A stretch of DNA of 64,000 bases from an uncultured delta proteobacterium (GCA_963699755.1 CAVOVB010000002.1:838956-902955), one strand, 5' to 3'. Shown: positions 1 through 9,859, counted from the stretch's first letter. Program-made: numbers and translations. Notes: generated by a model not told the origin, from the letters alone.

Positions 1-46
1 AGGAGCTTGGCGATTGAATTTGACAAAATAGACGGAATAGACCAAG

Positions 47-661
47 ATGAAATCCATGGGTGCCACGAAAAAGAGCAAGGTCGAGTCGCTGGCCGCGGTG
101 GTTCGCGAAGAAGCCAGGCGATTGAAGCCGAAGGAGATCGAACGGCTGGTGCGGCACCCGAAAGTGGTCCGTCGTGCGTTGGCGTTTGCGGCCGAAACGC
201 TCGCCGAGGATGTGGACGCGGACGTGGCGCCGGTTCAAGTCCTTGGGCGTGGAGGCCGCGCCAAGACGGTGCCCGCGGCGGAGGCACGTCGCCGGTTGGC
301 AGCTCGTACCCGATCTGTCGAGGAGGATGCACTTCTGAGCTCCGAGGAGTTCGCGAAGAAGGCAGGACTCAAGAACCGGCAATCGGTGCACAACTGGCTC
401 AAGAAAGGGCGCGTGGTCGGCTGGACGGGTGCGAAACGCGGGGTCGTGTTTCCCGCGGCGCAGCTCGACGACCGAGGACGGCTCCCCGAGGGACTCGAAG
501 AGGTCCTCGCGCTCTTTGACGACGGGTATGCGGCGTGGGTCTGGTTGAGGACGCCCTTGCCGGCCCTCGACGGTCAAACGCCACTCGCGAGACTACGTGC
601 CGGCGAGCGCGAGACGGTGCTCGAAGCCGCACGAGGGGATGCTCAAGGTGACTTTGCGTGA
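47..661 (+). CDS. Xre/MbcA/ParS-type antitoxin (HTH + DUF2384-like C-terminus)
   Basis: C-terminal AWVWLRTPLPALDGQTPLARL motif; overlaps the downstream RES gene (GTGA). Confidence 0.8.
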   Translation: MKSMGATKKSKVESLAAVVREEARRLKPKEIERLVRHPKVVRRALAFAAETLAEDVDADVAPVQVLGRGGRAKTVPAAEARRRLAARTRSVEEDALLSSEEFAKKAGLKNRQSVHNWLKKGRVVGWTGAKRGVVFPAAQLDDRGRLPEGLEEVLALFDDGYAAWVWLRTPLPALDGQTPLARLRAGERETVLEAARGDAQGDFA

Positions 662-1248
662 GCCGGGGGTATAGCGTCCAACGGATTTCGACGCGGCTTG
701 TCGAGATTGAGCTCGATTCCGTCTACCGACTGATTCGAAAGAAGCACCGCCGGCGCCCGCTTCGGGTCGTGCCCACGCCGAGCCGGTTCAGCGACCCGAA
801 CGGGCAATACGCGGTGCTCTACGCGGCCGAATCGGTGCGGTGTAGTTCCTGGGAGGCGCTTGGGCGAAATCGCTTCACCCGCAAGAAGCAGCGCGAGCTG
901 CCTCGTTTCGAGGTGGAGGACCGCGTGATTGCGACGCTTCGTTCGACGGAGCCCCTGGCCCTGGTGGACCTTCGGGCCGATGGACCGGTGCGAATCGCGG
1001 CTCCGACCGGTGTTGCCCACGATGCGAATCATGCTGCGGCGCGCGCGCTTTCCGCCGCGACGCATGCGGGGGTGCCCGCCGCCGACGGGTTCGTTTATCA
1101 CTCGAGGTTTACGGGGGACGCGTGCGTTGCCGTGTTCTCTCGGGCTCTTGGCAAGCTTGATGCCGTGGCCGTGGAGCCGCTCATACGAAGCGCGGACTTC
1201 CTCGATGCGCTCGATGACTACGACATCACACTGACGACGCCCTCGTGA
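658..1248 (+). CDS. RES-domain toxin
   Basis: SRFSDP..YAVLYAAES..E..DGFVYHSRFTG pattern; coupled to the upstream antitoxin. Confidence 0.85.
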   Translation: MSRGYSVQRISTRLVEIELDSVYRLIRKKHRRRPLRVVPTPSRFSDPNGQYAVLYAAESVRCSSWEALGRNRFTRKKQRELPRFEVEDRVIATLRSTEPLALVDLRADGPVRIAAPTGVAHDANHAAARALSAATHAGVPAADGFVYHSRFTGDACVAVFSRALGKLDAVAVEPLIRSADFLDALDDYDITLTTPS

Positions 1249-1446
1249 ACCCCTCGGACCTTGACGGCGAGCAAACGAAAGCCCCGTTTCAACGGGATTC
1301 ATGTTTTCTTCGCAGGTGAGCGCGGAAGCATTGATCGTCGGGTGCGCTCGGCACCGAACCCCGGTTTCCCTCCTTTTTTCTCCTGGTCCTGTGCCTCGGA
1401 AGTTCGTGTGAACGAGGCACTCGCCCATTTCAAACGGAGGAACCCG

Positions 1447-1680
1447 ATGATTCAGAAGATCACTCAACAAGACGCCCGCCTTCTCGCGACTCGGGACGCC
1501 GTGCGCGCCATGGAACAAAGCGACTACGACGGCGTGAGCTGCGCGTGCTCCGAGGGCTTTGACGACCACCGCTTCGAGGGGCTCGGCGACGTGATTCTGT
1601 TGAACCCCGGGCTCGAGATCTCGGAGAACATCGTCCAGGCCTACGACGCGGTGTACCGGGAGACCTGGCAGCGCGGTTAG
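1447..1680 (+). CDS. Hypothetical 77-aa protein
   Basis: GGAGG RBS at 1436-1440; upstream hairpin gtgcctcg..cgaggcac. Confidence 0.55.
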   Translation: MIQKITQQDARLLATRDAVRAMEQSDYDGVSCACSEGFDDHRFEGLGDVILLNPGLEISENIVQAYDAVYRETWQRG

Positions 1681-1720
1681 TGCCCTCGCTCCGCGGGCTG
1701 AAGCCCGCGCGGCCTCGCCG

Positions 1721-1776
1721 TTCGCGCCGTGAGCCAGCTCTCCGAATCGGGCGAAAGAGCTGCCTCACGGCGCGAA
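1721..1776 (+). promoter_or_regulatory. Structured leader hairpin, copy 1
   Basis: 13-bp stem ttcgcgccgtgag/ctcacggcgcgaa enclosing cagctct/agagctg; abuts the AGGAG RBS. Confidence 0.6.
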
Positions 1777-1788
1777 AGGAGAGTCTCG

Positions 1789-2244
1789 ATGTCCGAGCCA
1801 AACGCCCAAACCGACGACCTGCACATCATCCGCGAGGTTCATTTGAACTACAGCCAAGACCGGCCCGTCCAGGCGCCGCTCACCGACAGCGATGCTGCGG
1901 CGGCGTTTCTTCGCGGGGTCGTGAAAGACACCACCCCAGAGCACGCGGTGGCCATCTACCTCGACCCGAAGAACCGCCCGCTTGGTTGGCGCATCGTTTC
2001 GATCGGCACCGACGTTTCGGCGCCTGTGAAGCCGCTCCTGGTCTTGCAGCCCGCGGTGTTGCTCGGGGCCAGTGCGATGATCTTTGCGCACAACCACCCT
2101 TCGGGAGACCTCGAACCGAGCCCGGAAGACAAGAAGCTGGCGGAGATGCTGTGCCAGGCCTGCACGCTGCTTGGCCTTCGGCTATTGGACAACCTCATCT
2201 GGACCGAGCTCGGAAGCACGAGCTACGGGCCGTACGCGAGGTAG
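1789..2244 (+). CDS. RadC-like JAB-domain protein
   Basis: E...IFAHNHPSGDLEPSPED motif. Confidence 0.9.
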   Translation: MSEPNAQTDDLHIIREVHLNYSQDRPVQAPLTDSDAAAAFLRGVVKDTTPEHAVAIYLDPKNRPLGWRIVSIGTDVSAPVKPLLVLQPAVLLGASAMIFAHNHPSGDLEPSPEDKKLAEMLCQACTLLGLRLLDNLIWTELGSTSYGPYAR

Positions 2245-2337
2245 CAGAGGGCTGCACGATGAAGAACGTGAGACAAGCCGGGGGAACCGAAACGCCGTAA
2301 TCGCGTGTACAGTGCAACACTTTGCGCATGCTCCGGC

Positions 2338-3333
2338 CTACATTACTAGCTCGTTTCGCTGAATCAGCGCGGCAATCTGTTGCGCTTCACCTTCCGTCAA
2401 CTGCGGTTGCGGGCTACGAACGCGGTTACCGATCGGATGACCGAGCTGTCGCAGGGTTTCCTTGATCACTGCGACCCGGGATTGGGGCTTGCTCTTGAGG
2501 GCGATCGGCGAGTGGAACAACAGCTTAAACGCGGCTCGCTGAAGCGATACGGGCGGGCCTAGGTCATTCATGAGCGGAATAAGATTCAAAATCTTGTCCT
2601 GCAAGCCCTGGGCGCGACCGACATCCTGACTGAGACAGGCGTCGTAGGTTTCGACGATCAGTCTCGGAGCCACAGACGGAAGAATCGCCATGGCACCTGC
2701 GCCACCACGTTTCAGAGTATCCGAGATGGCGAAGCTATGACCCGCAAAAATCGACTTCCGGTGGCCAGTGCGGAGCGTGCCCGTGCAGTCGATGTGAGCG
2801 CCCATCGCCCTCATATTGACGATGCTGTCTTTCATGCCGACCATTCCCTCGATCGACAGCAGCTTTGCAATCTGCTGCGGAGAGAAGAAGAGACCCGTCG
2901 CCTGTGGAAAGTGATAGTAGAAAATCGGCTTGCATGACGCGTCACAAAGCAGCGAGAAACAATCATATACCGCGTCGAATCCGACGGTAAAGTAGGTGGG
3001 CACGATCACAAGAAAGCCGTCGACGTCCCAACGGCCGACCTCCTCTATGAACTTCAGGGTTTCGAGCCTGCTACCAAACCCGGCCCCAACCACCAATGGA
3101 ACGCGACCAGCCACTGCTTCGATGGCGTCCTTCGTAACCTTGGTCCTTTCTTCGTAGCTCAGGTACGCAAACTCGCTGCCGCTGCCTAGGATGACCACGC
3201 CGTGGCAACCGCTCTCGACGTAGTAGTTGAGGAGGTGCTTTAACCCGGCGCTATCGAGTTCCTCGTTGTCCTTGAGCGGCGTCGGGACAATCACGTAAAT
3301 GCCACGGGGGGAGTCGCCGATTTCCGTTGCCAT
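2338..3333 (-). CDS. Dihydrodipicolinate synthase (DapA/NAL) family protein
   Basis: GIYVIVPTP, LGSGSEF, YHFPQATG and GMKDS motifs. Confidence 0.9.
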   Translation of the reverse strand: MATEIGDSPRGIYVIVPTPLKDNEELDSAGLKHLLNYYVESGCHGVVILGSGSEFAYLSYEERTKVTKDAIEAVAGRVPLVVGAGFGSRLETLKFIEEVGRWDVDGFLVIVPTYFTVGFDAVYDCFSLLCDASCKPIFYYHFPQATGLFFSPQQIAKLLSIEGMVGMKDSIVNMRAMGAHIDCTGTLRTGHRKSIFAGHSFAISDTLKRGGAGAMAILPSVAPRLIVETYDACLSQDVGRAQGLQDKILNLIPLMNDLGPPVSLQRAAFKLLFHSPIALKSKPQSRVAVIKETLRQLGHPIGNRVRSPQPQLTEGEAQQIAALIQRNELVM

Positions 3334-3539
3334 GGAGCTCACAGGCGAATGGTAACCCCAAATGCGCTTCTTTGGATCTGAGAAGGTCGGACTGTGCTCG
3401 GTGGAGTTCTCGGGATAGAGCGGCGGGAATACCTCTTGCCCCTGCTCCTTTGTGTCGCGCGACTGTTCTCCGAAGCTCTGCTCGGCGCGGCCAGGGTTCT
3501 CCAAGGCGGGCGCTCCATTCCCCGCTTTGCGGTGAACGC

Positions 3540-3735
3540 GCCCGCGGTCTTGCTCGGCGCGAACGCCATGATCTTCGCCCACAATCATCCTTCTGGAGAT
3601 CTTCAGCCGAGCCCCGAAGACAAGAAGCTGGCCGAGACGCTCTGCCAGGCCTGTACTCTGCTGGGCCTCCGACTTCTCGACAACCTCATCTGGACCGAGC
3701 TCGGAAGCACGAGCTACGGGCCGTACGCGCGATGA
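3540..3735 (+). pseudogene. 3' fragment of a second RadC/JAB gene
   Basis: Closely matches 2050-2244 (PAVLLGA..HNHPSGD..YGPYAR); the 5' half is absent. Confidence 0.85.
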
Positions 3736-3870
3736 GGTGGATCCAGGGATGGGCCAACAGAAGCACCGTCAAGCCAAGCGAACAATTACGTATAGATTGG
3801 TTTGCCCTCGCGTGTTCTGGTGAGCGCAGACATCAGCGAAAACGATCCCGCAATGAAGGAGGATGAAAGC

Positions 3871-4299
3871 ATGCCCAGAATAACCAAGAGCATCGATATT
3901 GGCGCACCTGTCGAGAAGGCATTCGCATACCTGGCGGACTCCCGAAACCTCCCCGAGTGGTTCGTAGGCGTCTCCGAAGTGACCGACGTAAGCGGCTCGG
4001 GCGTTGGCCAGCATAACCGCTGGACGTACACCATGATCGGGATTCCGTTCCGCGGAGAGAGCACGCTTACCGAGCACGTCCCAAACCAGCGTTTGGTCTT
4101 CGAGCAAAAGGGGGGAATGACCAGCACCATCACGTTCACCTTCGCACCGCTCGAGAGCGGCACGAAGCTGGGCTTCGACGTCGACTACACCATCCCAGTT
4201 CCCGTCTTGGGGAAGCTGGCCGAGAAAGCCGTGTTCAAGCGAAACCAAAGAGAGGCCGCTATGTCGATGGAGAACATCAAGGAACGATTGGAGGTCTAG
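3871..4299 (+). CDS. SRPBCC family protein
   Basis: SIDIGAPVEKAFAYLAD..NLPEW; AAGGAGG upstream. Confidence 0.85.
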   Translation: MPRITKSIDIGAPVEKAFAYLADSRNLPEWFVGVSEVTDVSGSGVGQHNRWTYTMIGIPFRGESTLTEHVPNQRLVFEQKGGMTSTITFTFAPLESGTKLGFDVDYTIPVPVLGKLAEKAVFKRNQREAAMSMENIKERLEV

Positions 4300-4383
4300 G
4301 GCGCCGTCCAATTCCACGAGCGTTCCGGCCCCGATCCATCTGCAGCCTTGACCCGCGCCGTGCGGTGAAGGCACACCCCATGA

Positions 4384-4701
4384 ATGGCCGAGGCGACCCC
4401 TGCCGATTGGCGCGACACCTGCGAGCATTGCGGACGCGCATTTGACGCGGGCGAGCCGCGGTGGCTCGAGCAGCGGCGCTACTTCGTTCACACCGAATGC
4501 GCGCGGTGGGAGCGATGGGAGACGCCGCCCTACCTCTGGAAGCTCAAGGAGCTGAGGAAGAGGTATCGCGTCGCGAGCTCCGAGGAGCGCGGGTCCATCG
4601 CACATGCAGGACGCGCGATTCGGGAGATGGAGCGGGCTTGGCCCGCGGATGCCCCCGCGTACGTGAGCCGGGTCCTGGCCGCGGTGCGTCGCGTGGGTTG
4701 A
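4384..4701 (+). CDS. Hypothetical protein with CxxC...HxxC putative zinc site
   Basis: CEHC...HTEC. Confidence 0.55.
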   Translation: MAEATPADWRDTCEHCGRAFDAGEPRWLEQRRYFVHTECARWERWETPPYLWKLKELRKRYRVASSEERGSIAHAGRAIREMERAWPADAPAYVSRVLAAVRRVG

Positions 4702-4827
4702 CCCAGCCAGGTGCTGAAGCCGACCTCGTCGCGCCCTTCTCAATGCTCCCCCCGGTCCCTGGTCAACCGCGTTGCCCCTGCTGCTTCGGCATGTCCGCGA
4801 GGGTGTGCTCGGCGCGCCCTGGGTTCT

Positions 4828-4881
4828 CCGTGGGCCGAGGAGACAGCTCTCCTGCTTCGGTGAGAGAGCTGCCATCCACGG
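4828..4881 (+). promoter_or_regulatory. Structured leader hairpin, copy 2
   Basis: ccgtgg/ccacgg outer stem and cagctctc/gagagctg inner stem before the AAAGGAG RBS. Confidence 0.6.
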
Positions 4882-4903
4882 CACACCAACAAAGGAGAAC
4901 ACC

Positions 4904-5095
4904 ATGAGCACCAAGAAGCACAGCATCTACGTCATCCAGGAAGGCACCCAGGGCAAGAGCTACTGGAACCGAGCCGGAGTTGCGTTTTTGAACAAGGACG
5001 GGAGCTTCACGTTGAAGCTCGACATCCTCCCTCAGACGAAGTTCCAGCTCCGCGAGGAACAGCCCGTCACCGAGGAGCATGTAACGGCCGAGTAG
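4904..5095 (+). CDS. 63-aa conserved small protein (DUF736-like, tentative), copy 1
   Basis: Strong RBS; KSYWNRAGVAFLNKDGSF motif; 4 copies in the window. Confidence 0.8.
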   Translation: MSTKKHSIYVIQEGTQGKSYWNRAGVAFLNKDGSFTLKLDILPQTKFQLREEQPVTEEHVTAE

Positions 5096-5109
5096 CGGCC
5101 GGCCCACGG

Positions 5110-5134
5110 CAACCAGGGCGCCCTGCCCCGGTTG
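5110..5134 (+). repeat. CAACCAGGGC-gccct-GCCCTGGTTG hairpin repeat (also at 9135, 12364, 15346, 16819, 19742)
   Basis: Six near-identical copies in the same orientation. Confidence 0.9.
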
Positions 5135-5268
5135 TCGCTCGCACGCACAGAAAACGCAGAAGCTGCGCCCAGAATCGCCCTGCAGGAAAGAATTACGTAT
5201 AGCGCGGCGCAATCCGGCGACCCCATGTTGCCTATGACCCCTCTGTGCGGGTCGGCCGGGGGTTTCTC

Positions 5269-5745
5269 ATGCGGTACTTGATTGGCTTTGTGTTGGCGCT
5301 GGCGTCGGTGGCTTCGCCTCTGAGCGTCGGCGCACAAGCCGGTGAGGAAGCGGTACCGAAGGTTGCCTTGGCTATCCATACGCAGCATCGTCTGCCGCCG
5401 CAACTGATGTTGCGGGCGAGCTATTACCTATACCTCGATGCCGATGAGAAAGGCCGTTCACGGGTTGAGCAGTGGCACCCTGAAGCTTTCGTTGACCCTT
5501 CCGAGCCCGAGCCGACGAGCACGCCAGAGGAACAAGACGGGTTCAGTCATCCTGTCTACGTTGACCCCGTTTCGGGCGCGCCCTTGGCCGTCCCCGAAGA
5601 CCCGCAAGTGCCGACCGCGCCACTGAAGGAAGAACAAGAGCGTAAGAGGAGGCGGCGAATTGGCATCGGGGTTGGCGTCTCCGTTGCTGTCGTTGTTATT
5701 CTGGCTGTGGTCGGGGGCGTGGCGGCGGGGCTTCGTGACTTGTGA
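5269..5745 (+). CDS. Exported protein with MRYLxGF signal peptide and C-terminal TM anchor
   Basis: MRYLIGF..SPLSVGAQ; RRRRR followed by a hydrophobic tail. Confidence 0.7.
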   Translation: MRYLIGFVLALASVASPLSVGAQAGEEAVPKVALAIHTQHRLPPQLMLRASYYLYLDADEKGRSRVEQWHPEAFVDPSEPEPTSTPEEQDGFSHPVYVDPVSGAPLAVPEDPQVPTAPLKEEQERKRRRRIGIGVGVSVAVVVILAVVGGVAAGLRDL

Positions 5746-5803
5746 GCCACGCCGCGAGGCGGGCGGCACCATGTGCAACGTCGGCGCGTTTGGGACGTAG
5801 CAG

Positions 5804-5952
5804 CGCACCCGCTGCGCCCCCACGCCCCAAACGCAAAAGGTGCACGCCGTAACCTGAGATTCCCGAACGAAACGGGGCTTCCACCTGGCACGCCTGATGC
5901 ACCTACGTAGCCGCACTTAGGGGCGCATAACGCCGCAACCGGGGAGGTTGTT
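5804..5952 (+). repeat. Inter-cassette repeat B (also 6399-6547, 7639-7782, and inverted at 18885-19036)
   Basis: cgcacccgctgcgccccc.cgccccaaacgcaaa ... GGAGG RBS directly before a start codon. Confidence 0.9.
5886..5901 (+). promoter_or_regulatory. Sigma54 promoter (-24/-12); identical copies at 6483-6498 and 7722-7737
   Basis: TGGCACGCCTGATGCA, GG-N10-GC spacing. Confidence 0.75.
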
Positions 5953-6387
5953 ATGAAGCTGAAAAGGCTACTTTGGATCGGAGCTGCGCTTGTGACGGTT
6001 CCGTTCGCGAGTGGCTGCGGGTACGGGTGTACTGATAGGGGCTGCTTTGCCGGAATAGAGGTTGCCCTCGTGCCGAGTGTCAGCTCCACATACGACGTCG
6101 AGCTTGTTCTGGATGGCGTCGTTGATGCGTTCACATGCATCAAGACCGAAGACGGTTGGTCGGTCGGCGACTCGACTGAGGGTGTGCTGTGGTTTGGGTG
6201 CGACGGCTCCGGGTTTCACGTACACGCAACTCCCGAAACGTTGGGGATTTCGGTCGCTGCCCAAGATGGAAGCTGGACGGGGTCCATAAGCGAGAGCCCG
6301 GACTACCGGTTTTATCAACCCAACGGAGCTAAGTGCGACGGAGCGTACGGCTGCGACCAAGCAGAGCTGACCGTACCGAAGGGATGA
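5953..6387 (+). CDS. Hypothetical lipoprotein
   Basis: Lipobox ASGC; RBS. Confidence 0.75.
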   Translation: MKLKRLLWIGAALVTVPFASGCGYGCTDRGCFAGIEVALVPSVSSTYDVELVLDGVVDAFTCIKTEDGWSVGDSTEGVLWFGCDGSGFHVHATPETLGISVAAQDGSWTGSISESPDYRFYQPNGAKCDGAYGCDQAELTVPKG

Positions 6388-6547
6388 AACTTCAACGACG
6401 CACCCGCTGCGCCCCCACGCCCCAAACGCAAACGCTGCGTGTCACGCCAAAGGAATCACCAGCAAAAACCGACCCCTCACCGTGGCACGCCTGATGCAGC
6501 CTCATCGACCGACTTAGTTGCGCTCTGCGCCTGAACGGGAGGTCGTC

Positions 6548-7030
6548 ATGCGGTATTTAGCTGGCTTTGTGTTGGTGGCGGCGTTGGTGGCTTCGCCGCT
6601 GAGCGTGGGCGCGCAAGGCGGTCAGGAAGCGCCCGCAGTGGAGCTTCAAGTGGACGAGGCTGGGGTAGAAGTTGTGCCGAGCCGGCCAGGGACAATTGAC
6701 GGATACACGCTTGAGGAGATGCAGCTTCGTGTGAAGCGAGCGAAAATCGGGCTCTGGAGCACGGCGGGCGCGACCGTCGTAGGGGGCGTGATCATTGGCG
6801 CCTGGTGGAATTGCGAGCATCGCGATGAACCGGCGGACGATGCCTTCTTTGCTTGCCCGGGAGCACTCTTTTCGGGCGTTGCCGTAGGTTTCTCAGGAGC
6901 CGTGGGGATGATCGTCACGGGTGCTTTGTTGGGCGCTCGCAAGCGAAAGCTGCGCGAACTGCAGGAAGCGCACTACGGAACACCGCGCAGAGTCCAATGG
7001 GACCTGGCACGGTCGCGGCTCGTGTTCTGA
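6548..7030 (+). CDS. Exported membrane protein with MRYLxGF signal peptide
   Basis: MRYLAGF..SPLSVGAQ; two hydrophobic segments. Confidence 0.75.
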   Translation: MRYLAGFVLVAALVASPLSVGAQGGQEAPAVELQVDEAGVEVVPSRPGTIDGYTLEEMQLRVKRAKIGLWSTAGATVVGGVIIGAWWNCEHRDEPADDAFFACPGALFSGVAVGFSGAVGMIVTGALLGARKRKLRELQEAHYGTPRRVQWDLARSRLVF

Positions 7031-7043
7031 GGGGAGGTTCACC

Positions 7044-7607
7044 ATGCGGTATTTAGTTGGCTTTGGAGCCCTTCTAGTTGCGTTGGGGACATGGGGAGTA
7101 GCGGGGTGCGGGGAGTCGCTTATTCCGTGTGATGATTTGGGAGCCGGCTGCGCCCTGAGCGATGGCAGCGTGGGCGTGTGCACGCATGAAGGCTGCAGAA
7201 AGGAGTCGGGGCCAATCTCGTGCAAACACGGTTACGCCAATCTATACGACTGGGAAGACGGAACTCTCTGCCGGTCATCGGATCTGCGAGAGGGCACGTG
7301 TCTCGACGGCGTGTGCGGAGGCGAACACTTCTGCGAAGGCGTCGTGTGCGACGAACCAGACAACCTCTGCGAAAGCGATCAATTCTGCAACTGGGAGGGG
7401 GTCTGCGAGTTCCGGCAAGTTACGAAATGCAACGATCGGAGCGATTGCACGTCCGACAAGTGCGATTCTGACGTAGGGTGCGTCTACATCAATCGCCCTA
7501 ACGGCGCTGAGTGCGTCTTGCCGGGTGCAGACTGGTTCTGCTGCGGGCTCGGATTAGCTTGTTGCGACTATGGAACTTGCAGGGACGGCGTCTGCATTGA
7601 TGAGTGA
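7044..7607 (+). CDS. Cys-rich lipoprotein (MRYLxGF family)
   Basis: MRYLVGF..VAGC; CxDxxxCTxDxC-like repeats. Confidence 0.8.
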   Translation: MRYLVGFGALLVALGTWGVAGCGESLIPCDDLGAGCALSDGSVGVCTHEGCRKESGPISCKHGYANLYDWEDGTLCRSSDLREGTCLDGVCGGEHFCEGVVCDEPDNLCESDQFCNWEGVCEFRQVTKCNDRSDCTSDKCDSDVGCVYINRPNGAECVLPGADWFCCGLGLACCDYGTCRDGVCIDE

Positions 7608-7782
7608 CGCCGGTGCGTTTGAGGTGCAGCCGTAGCCACGCACCCGCTGCGCCCCCGCGCCCCAAACGCAAAGCCTGCGCGCATCGGTAGCGGATTCCAC
7701 TGCAAAAGCTGGGCTCCCACCTGGCACGCCTGATGCAGTTACATAGCCGCACTTAGGGTCACGCTGCACCGGGGAGGTCGTC

Positions 7783-8469
7783 GTGCGGTACCTATTCGGA
7801 TTCCTGTGCATTTGGGCGTTGGGAGCGGTTGCGCTGGTCGGGTGCAGCGAGGAAACGCCCCTGCCATTGGAATGCGTGCAGGACGAGGATTGCGATGACG
7901 CCAACGAATGCACGGATGATAGCTGCGTAGAGAAGCGGAGATGGTTCGAAGGGAAGTACTACGGTAGGTGCGAAAACTCTGCGGTTGAATACGGAGAATG
8001 TGACTTCGACGGTCTCGACGATGCCCTCGGTGGTCTAGACGGCATTTGTGTCGCAGGGGTCTGCGAGAAGAACCCGTGCGATGATGGCAACGAGTGCACC
8101 CACGACCTATACGATTTCGAAGGTTCGTGCGACCATATCGGATGTGGCGGGTGCCAACCCTGCGACCGTAATGGGGAGCCTGGCATCTGCGATGGTGACG
8201 TTTGCGCAGAGTATCCCTGCAATGACGGCGTCATTTGCGAAGATGGTGACCTATGCACCTACGATTTTTGCGATTACACAGACGGAATGTGCGACTTCAA
8301 TCCGGTGTGTCTCAGCGGTCAATGCAGAGTTGCCTCGTGCGATCCAACCGATGGGTCATGTACCTTCACTCCGGCGCCAGACGGAACGCCGTGCTCCTGC
8401 GGGGGCGTGATCTGCATTTGCCCCGGCACTTACGTCTGCAGCAGCGGCGCTTGCGTATGCCAGCTCTAA
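7783..8469 (+). CDS. Cys-rich lipoprotein (MRYLxGF family)
   Basis: MRYLFGF..LVGC; CDDxNECTxD repeats. Confidence 0.8.
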   Translation: MRYLFGFLCIWALGAVALVGCSEETPLPLECVQDEDCDDANECTDDSCVEKRRWFEGKYYGRCENSAVEYGECDFDGLDDALGGLDGICVAGVCEKNPCDDGNECTHDLYDFEGSCDHIGCGGCQPCDRNGEPGICDGDVCAEYPCNDGVICEDGDLCTYDFCDYTDGMCDFNPVCLSGQCRVASCDPTDGSCTFTPAPDGTPCSCGGVICICPGTYVCSSGACVCQL

Positions 8470-8851
8470 AGGGAGGCACGCGACGTGGGTGCGTTTGAGG
8501 CGCAGCCGTAGCTCTCGAATAGCGGCGCTTGCTCGGGGTTGAGCGGCCTCATCTCCGCCTCGCATGTACATCAATCGCGGTTGCGGCGCCGCCGCCGGCA
8601 GAGTCCGATCGGCCGAGCGCGTGACATCGCTGTGAAGCGACCGTCCGTGTCGGCGACCCCTCTCTGGTCCAGCCTGCCGATGTGTCCCTCGGGCTCTGCC
8701 ATGCCTCCAAAGGTCTACTCCGTGCGCCCTGCGTTCTCCCAAGCCGTGCGCTCCCTTCCCCGCTCTCACGCCCTACACTCTCGCAACCGAGTGCCAGCGG
8801 AGCTGTCACAGCGTTTGCCAAGGTTCCAGTTGCTTCGCGGTGAGCGCGCCG

Positions 8852-8908
8852 GCCGTGGGCCGAGGAGACAGCTCTCCTGCTTCGAGTGAGAGAGCTGCCA
8901 TCCACGGC
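8852..8908 (+). promoter_or_regulatory. Structured leader hairpin, copy 3
   Basis: Near-identical to 4828-4881. Confidence 0.6.
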
Positions 8909-8929
8909 ACACAAGAAAAGGAGAACACC

Positions 8930-9121
8930 ATGAGCACCAAGAAGCACACCATCTACGTCATCCAGGAAGGCAACCAGGGCAAGAGCTACTGGAACCGCGC
9001 GGGGGTTGCGTTCTTGAACAAGGACGGGAGCTTCACGTTCAAGCTCGACATCCTTCCTCAGACGAAGTTCCAGCTTCGCGAGGAACAGCCGCTCGCCAAG
9101 GAGAAAGCCGCCGCCGAGTAG
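8930..9121 (+). CDS. 63-aa conserved small protein, copy 2
   Basis: Highly similar to 4904-5095; RBS. Confidence 0.8.
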   Translation: MSTKKHTIYVIQEGNQGKSYWNRAGVAFLNKDGSFTFKLDILPQTKFQLREEQPLAKEKAAAE

Positions 9122-9221
9122 CGGCAGCCCGCGGCAACCAGGGCGCCCTGCCCTGGTTGCCGCGGGGCCTCCATGAACTTAGGCCTTCACCTGCGATCCT
9201 CCGTTTGATACGATCGTTCCG

Positions 9222-9437
9222 ATGCATTTCCTGGAGTGGGTCGAAGAAGCGGAGTCGCTGCTCAGGCGCGATGGCGTCTGGCCCGATCAAGACGACGTCC
9301 GCGCTCGCGGTGTGCTTGAGGAAGCTGCCCTCCGAGGCCCCGAGCCCCTCGTCCACGCCGTCCGCGCGCTACGGCGGGACCAAGAGCTTTGCGAGACGGA
9401 GCTCCGCACCCGCCAGCGATCCTCGGCTCCTTCTTGA
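9222..9437 (+). CDS. ~70-aa hypothetical protein (WVEEAES.LR.DG family), copy 1
   Basis: Three paralogues, each just downstream of the hairpin repeat. Confidence 0.65.
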   Translation: MHFLEWVEEAESLLRRDGVWPDQDDVRARGVLEEAALRGPEPLVHAVRALRRDQELCETELRTRQRSSAPS

Positions 9438-9457
9438 AAGGCCCTGAGCACTAGGAC

Positions 9458-9485
9458 TTGACATCACGCATTTTCACCCTATTCT
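9458..9485 (+). promoter_or_regulatory. Putative sigma70 promoter of the TA operon
   Basis: TTGACA-N16-TATTCT. Confidence 0.45.
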
Positions 9486-9508
9486 GAGTGATAGATAATG
9501 TGATTTTG

Positions 9509-9859
9509 ATGCAATTCCGCGCCTTCATCGACGACAACCACTTCTCTCCTTCGAAGATTGCCGAGGCCCTGAGAACGACGAAAGGCGAGATCTCGGAAAC
9601 CCTCGGACTCGCCTCGGATGCGTTGACGCGGCGGCAGCGGATGGAGGCTGTGAAGACGCAGACCCGGCTTCGAGAGATGCTCGAGATCCTGAACCGCGTC
9701 GAGTCCGTGACCGGATCGCTCCTCGGAGCTTACGCGTGGTTTCGCTCGGAGCCGCTCCCTGGGTTCGGGGGGCAGACGCCCGATCAACTGGTTCGTGCGG
9801 GCAAGGCCAGCCAAGTGCACGCCTATCTCGATCGGGTGATGGCGGGTGGCTACGCATAG
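9509..9859 (+). CDS. Xre/MbcA/ParS-type antitoxin (DUF2384-like)
   Basis: AYAWFRSEPLPGFGGQTPDQLV..GGYA. Confidence 0.85.
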   Translation: MQFRAFIDDNHFSPSKIAEALRTTKGEISETLGLASDALTRRQRMEAVKTQTRLREMLEILNRVESVTGSLLGAYAWFRSEPLPGFGGQTPDQLVRAGKASQVHAYLDRVMAGGYA

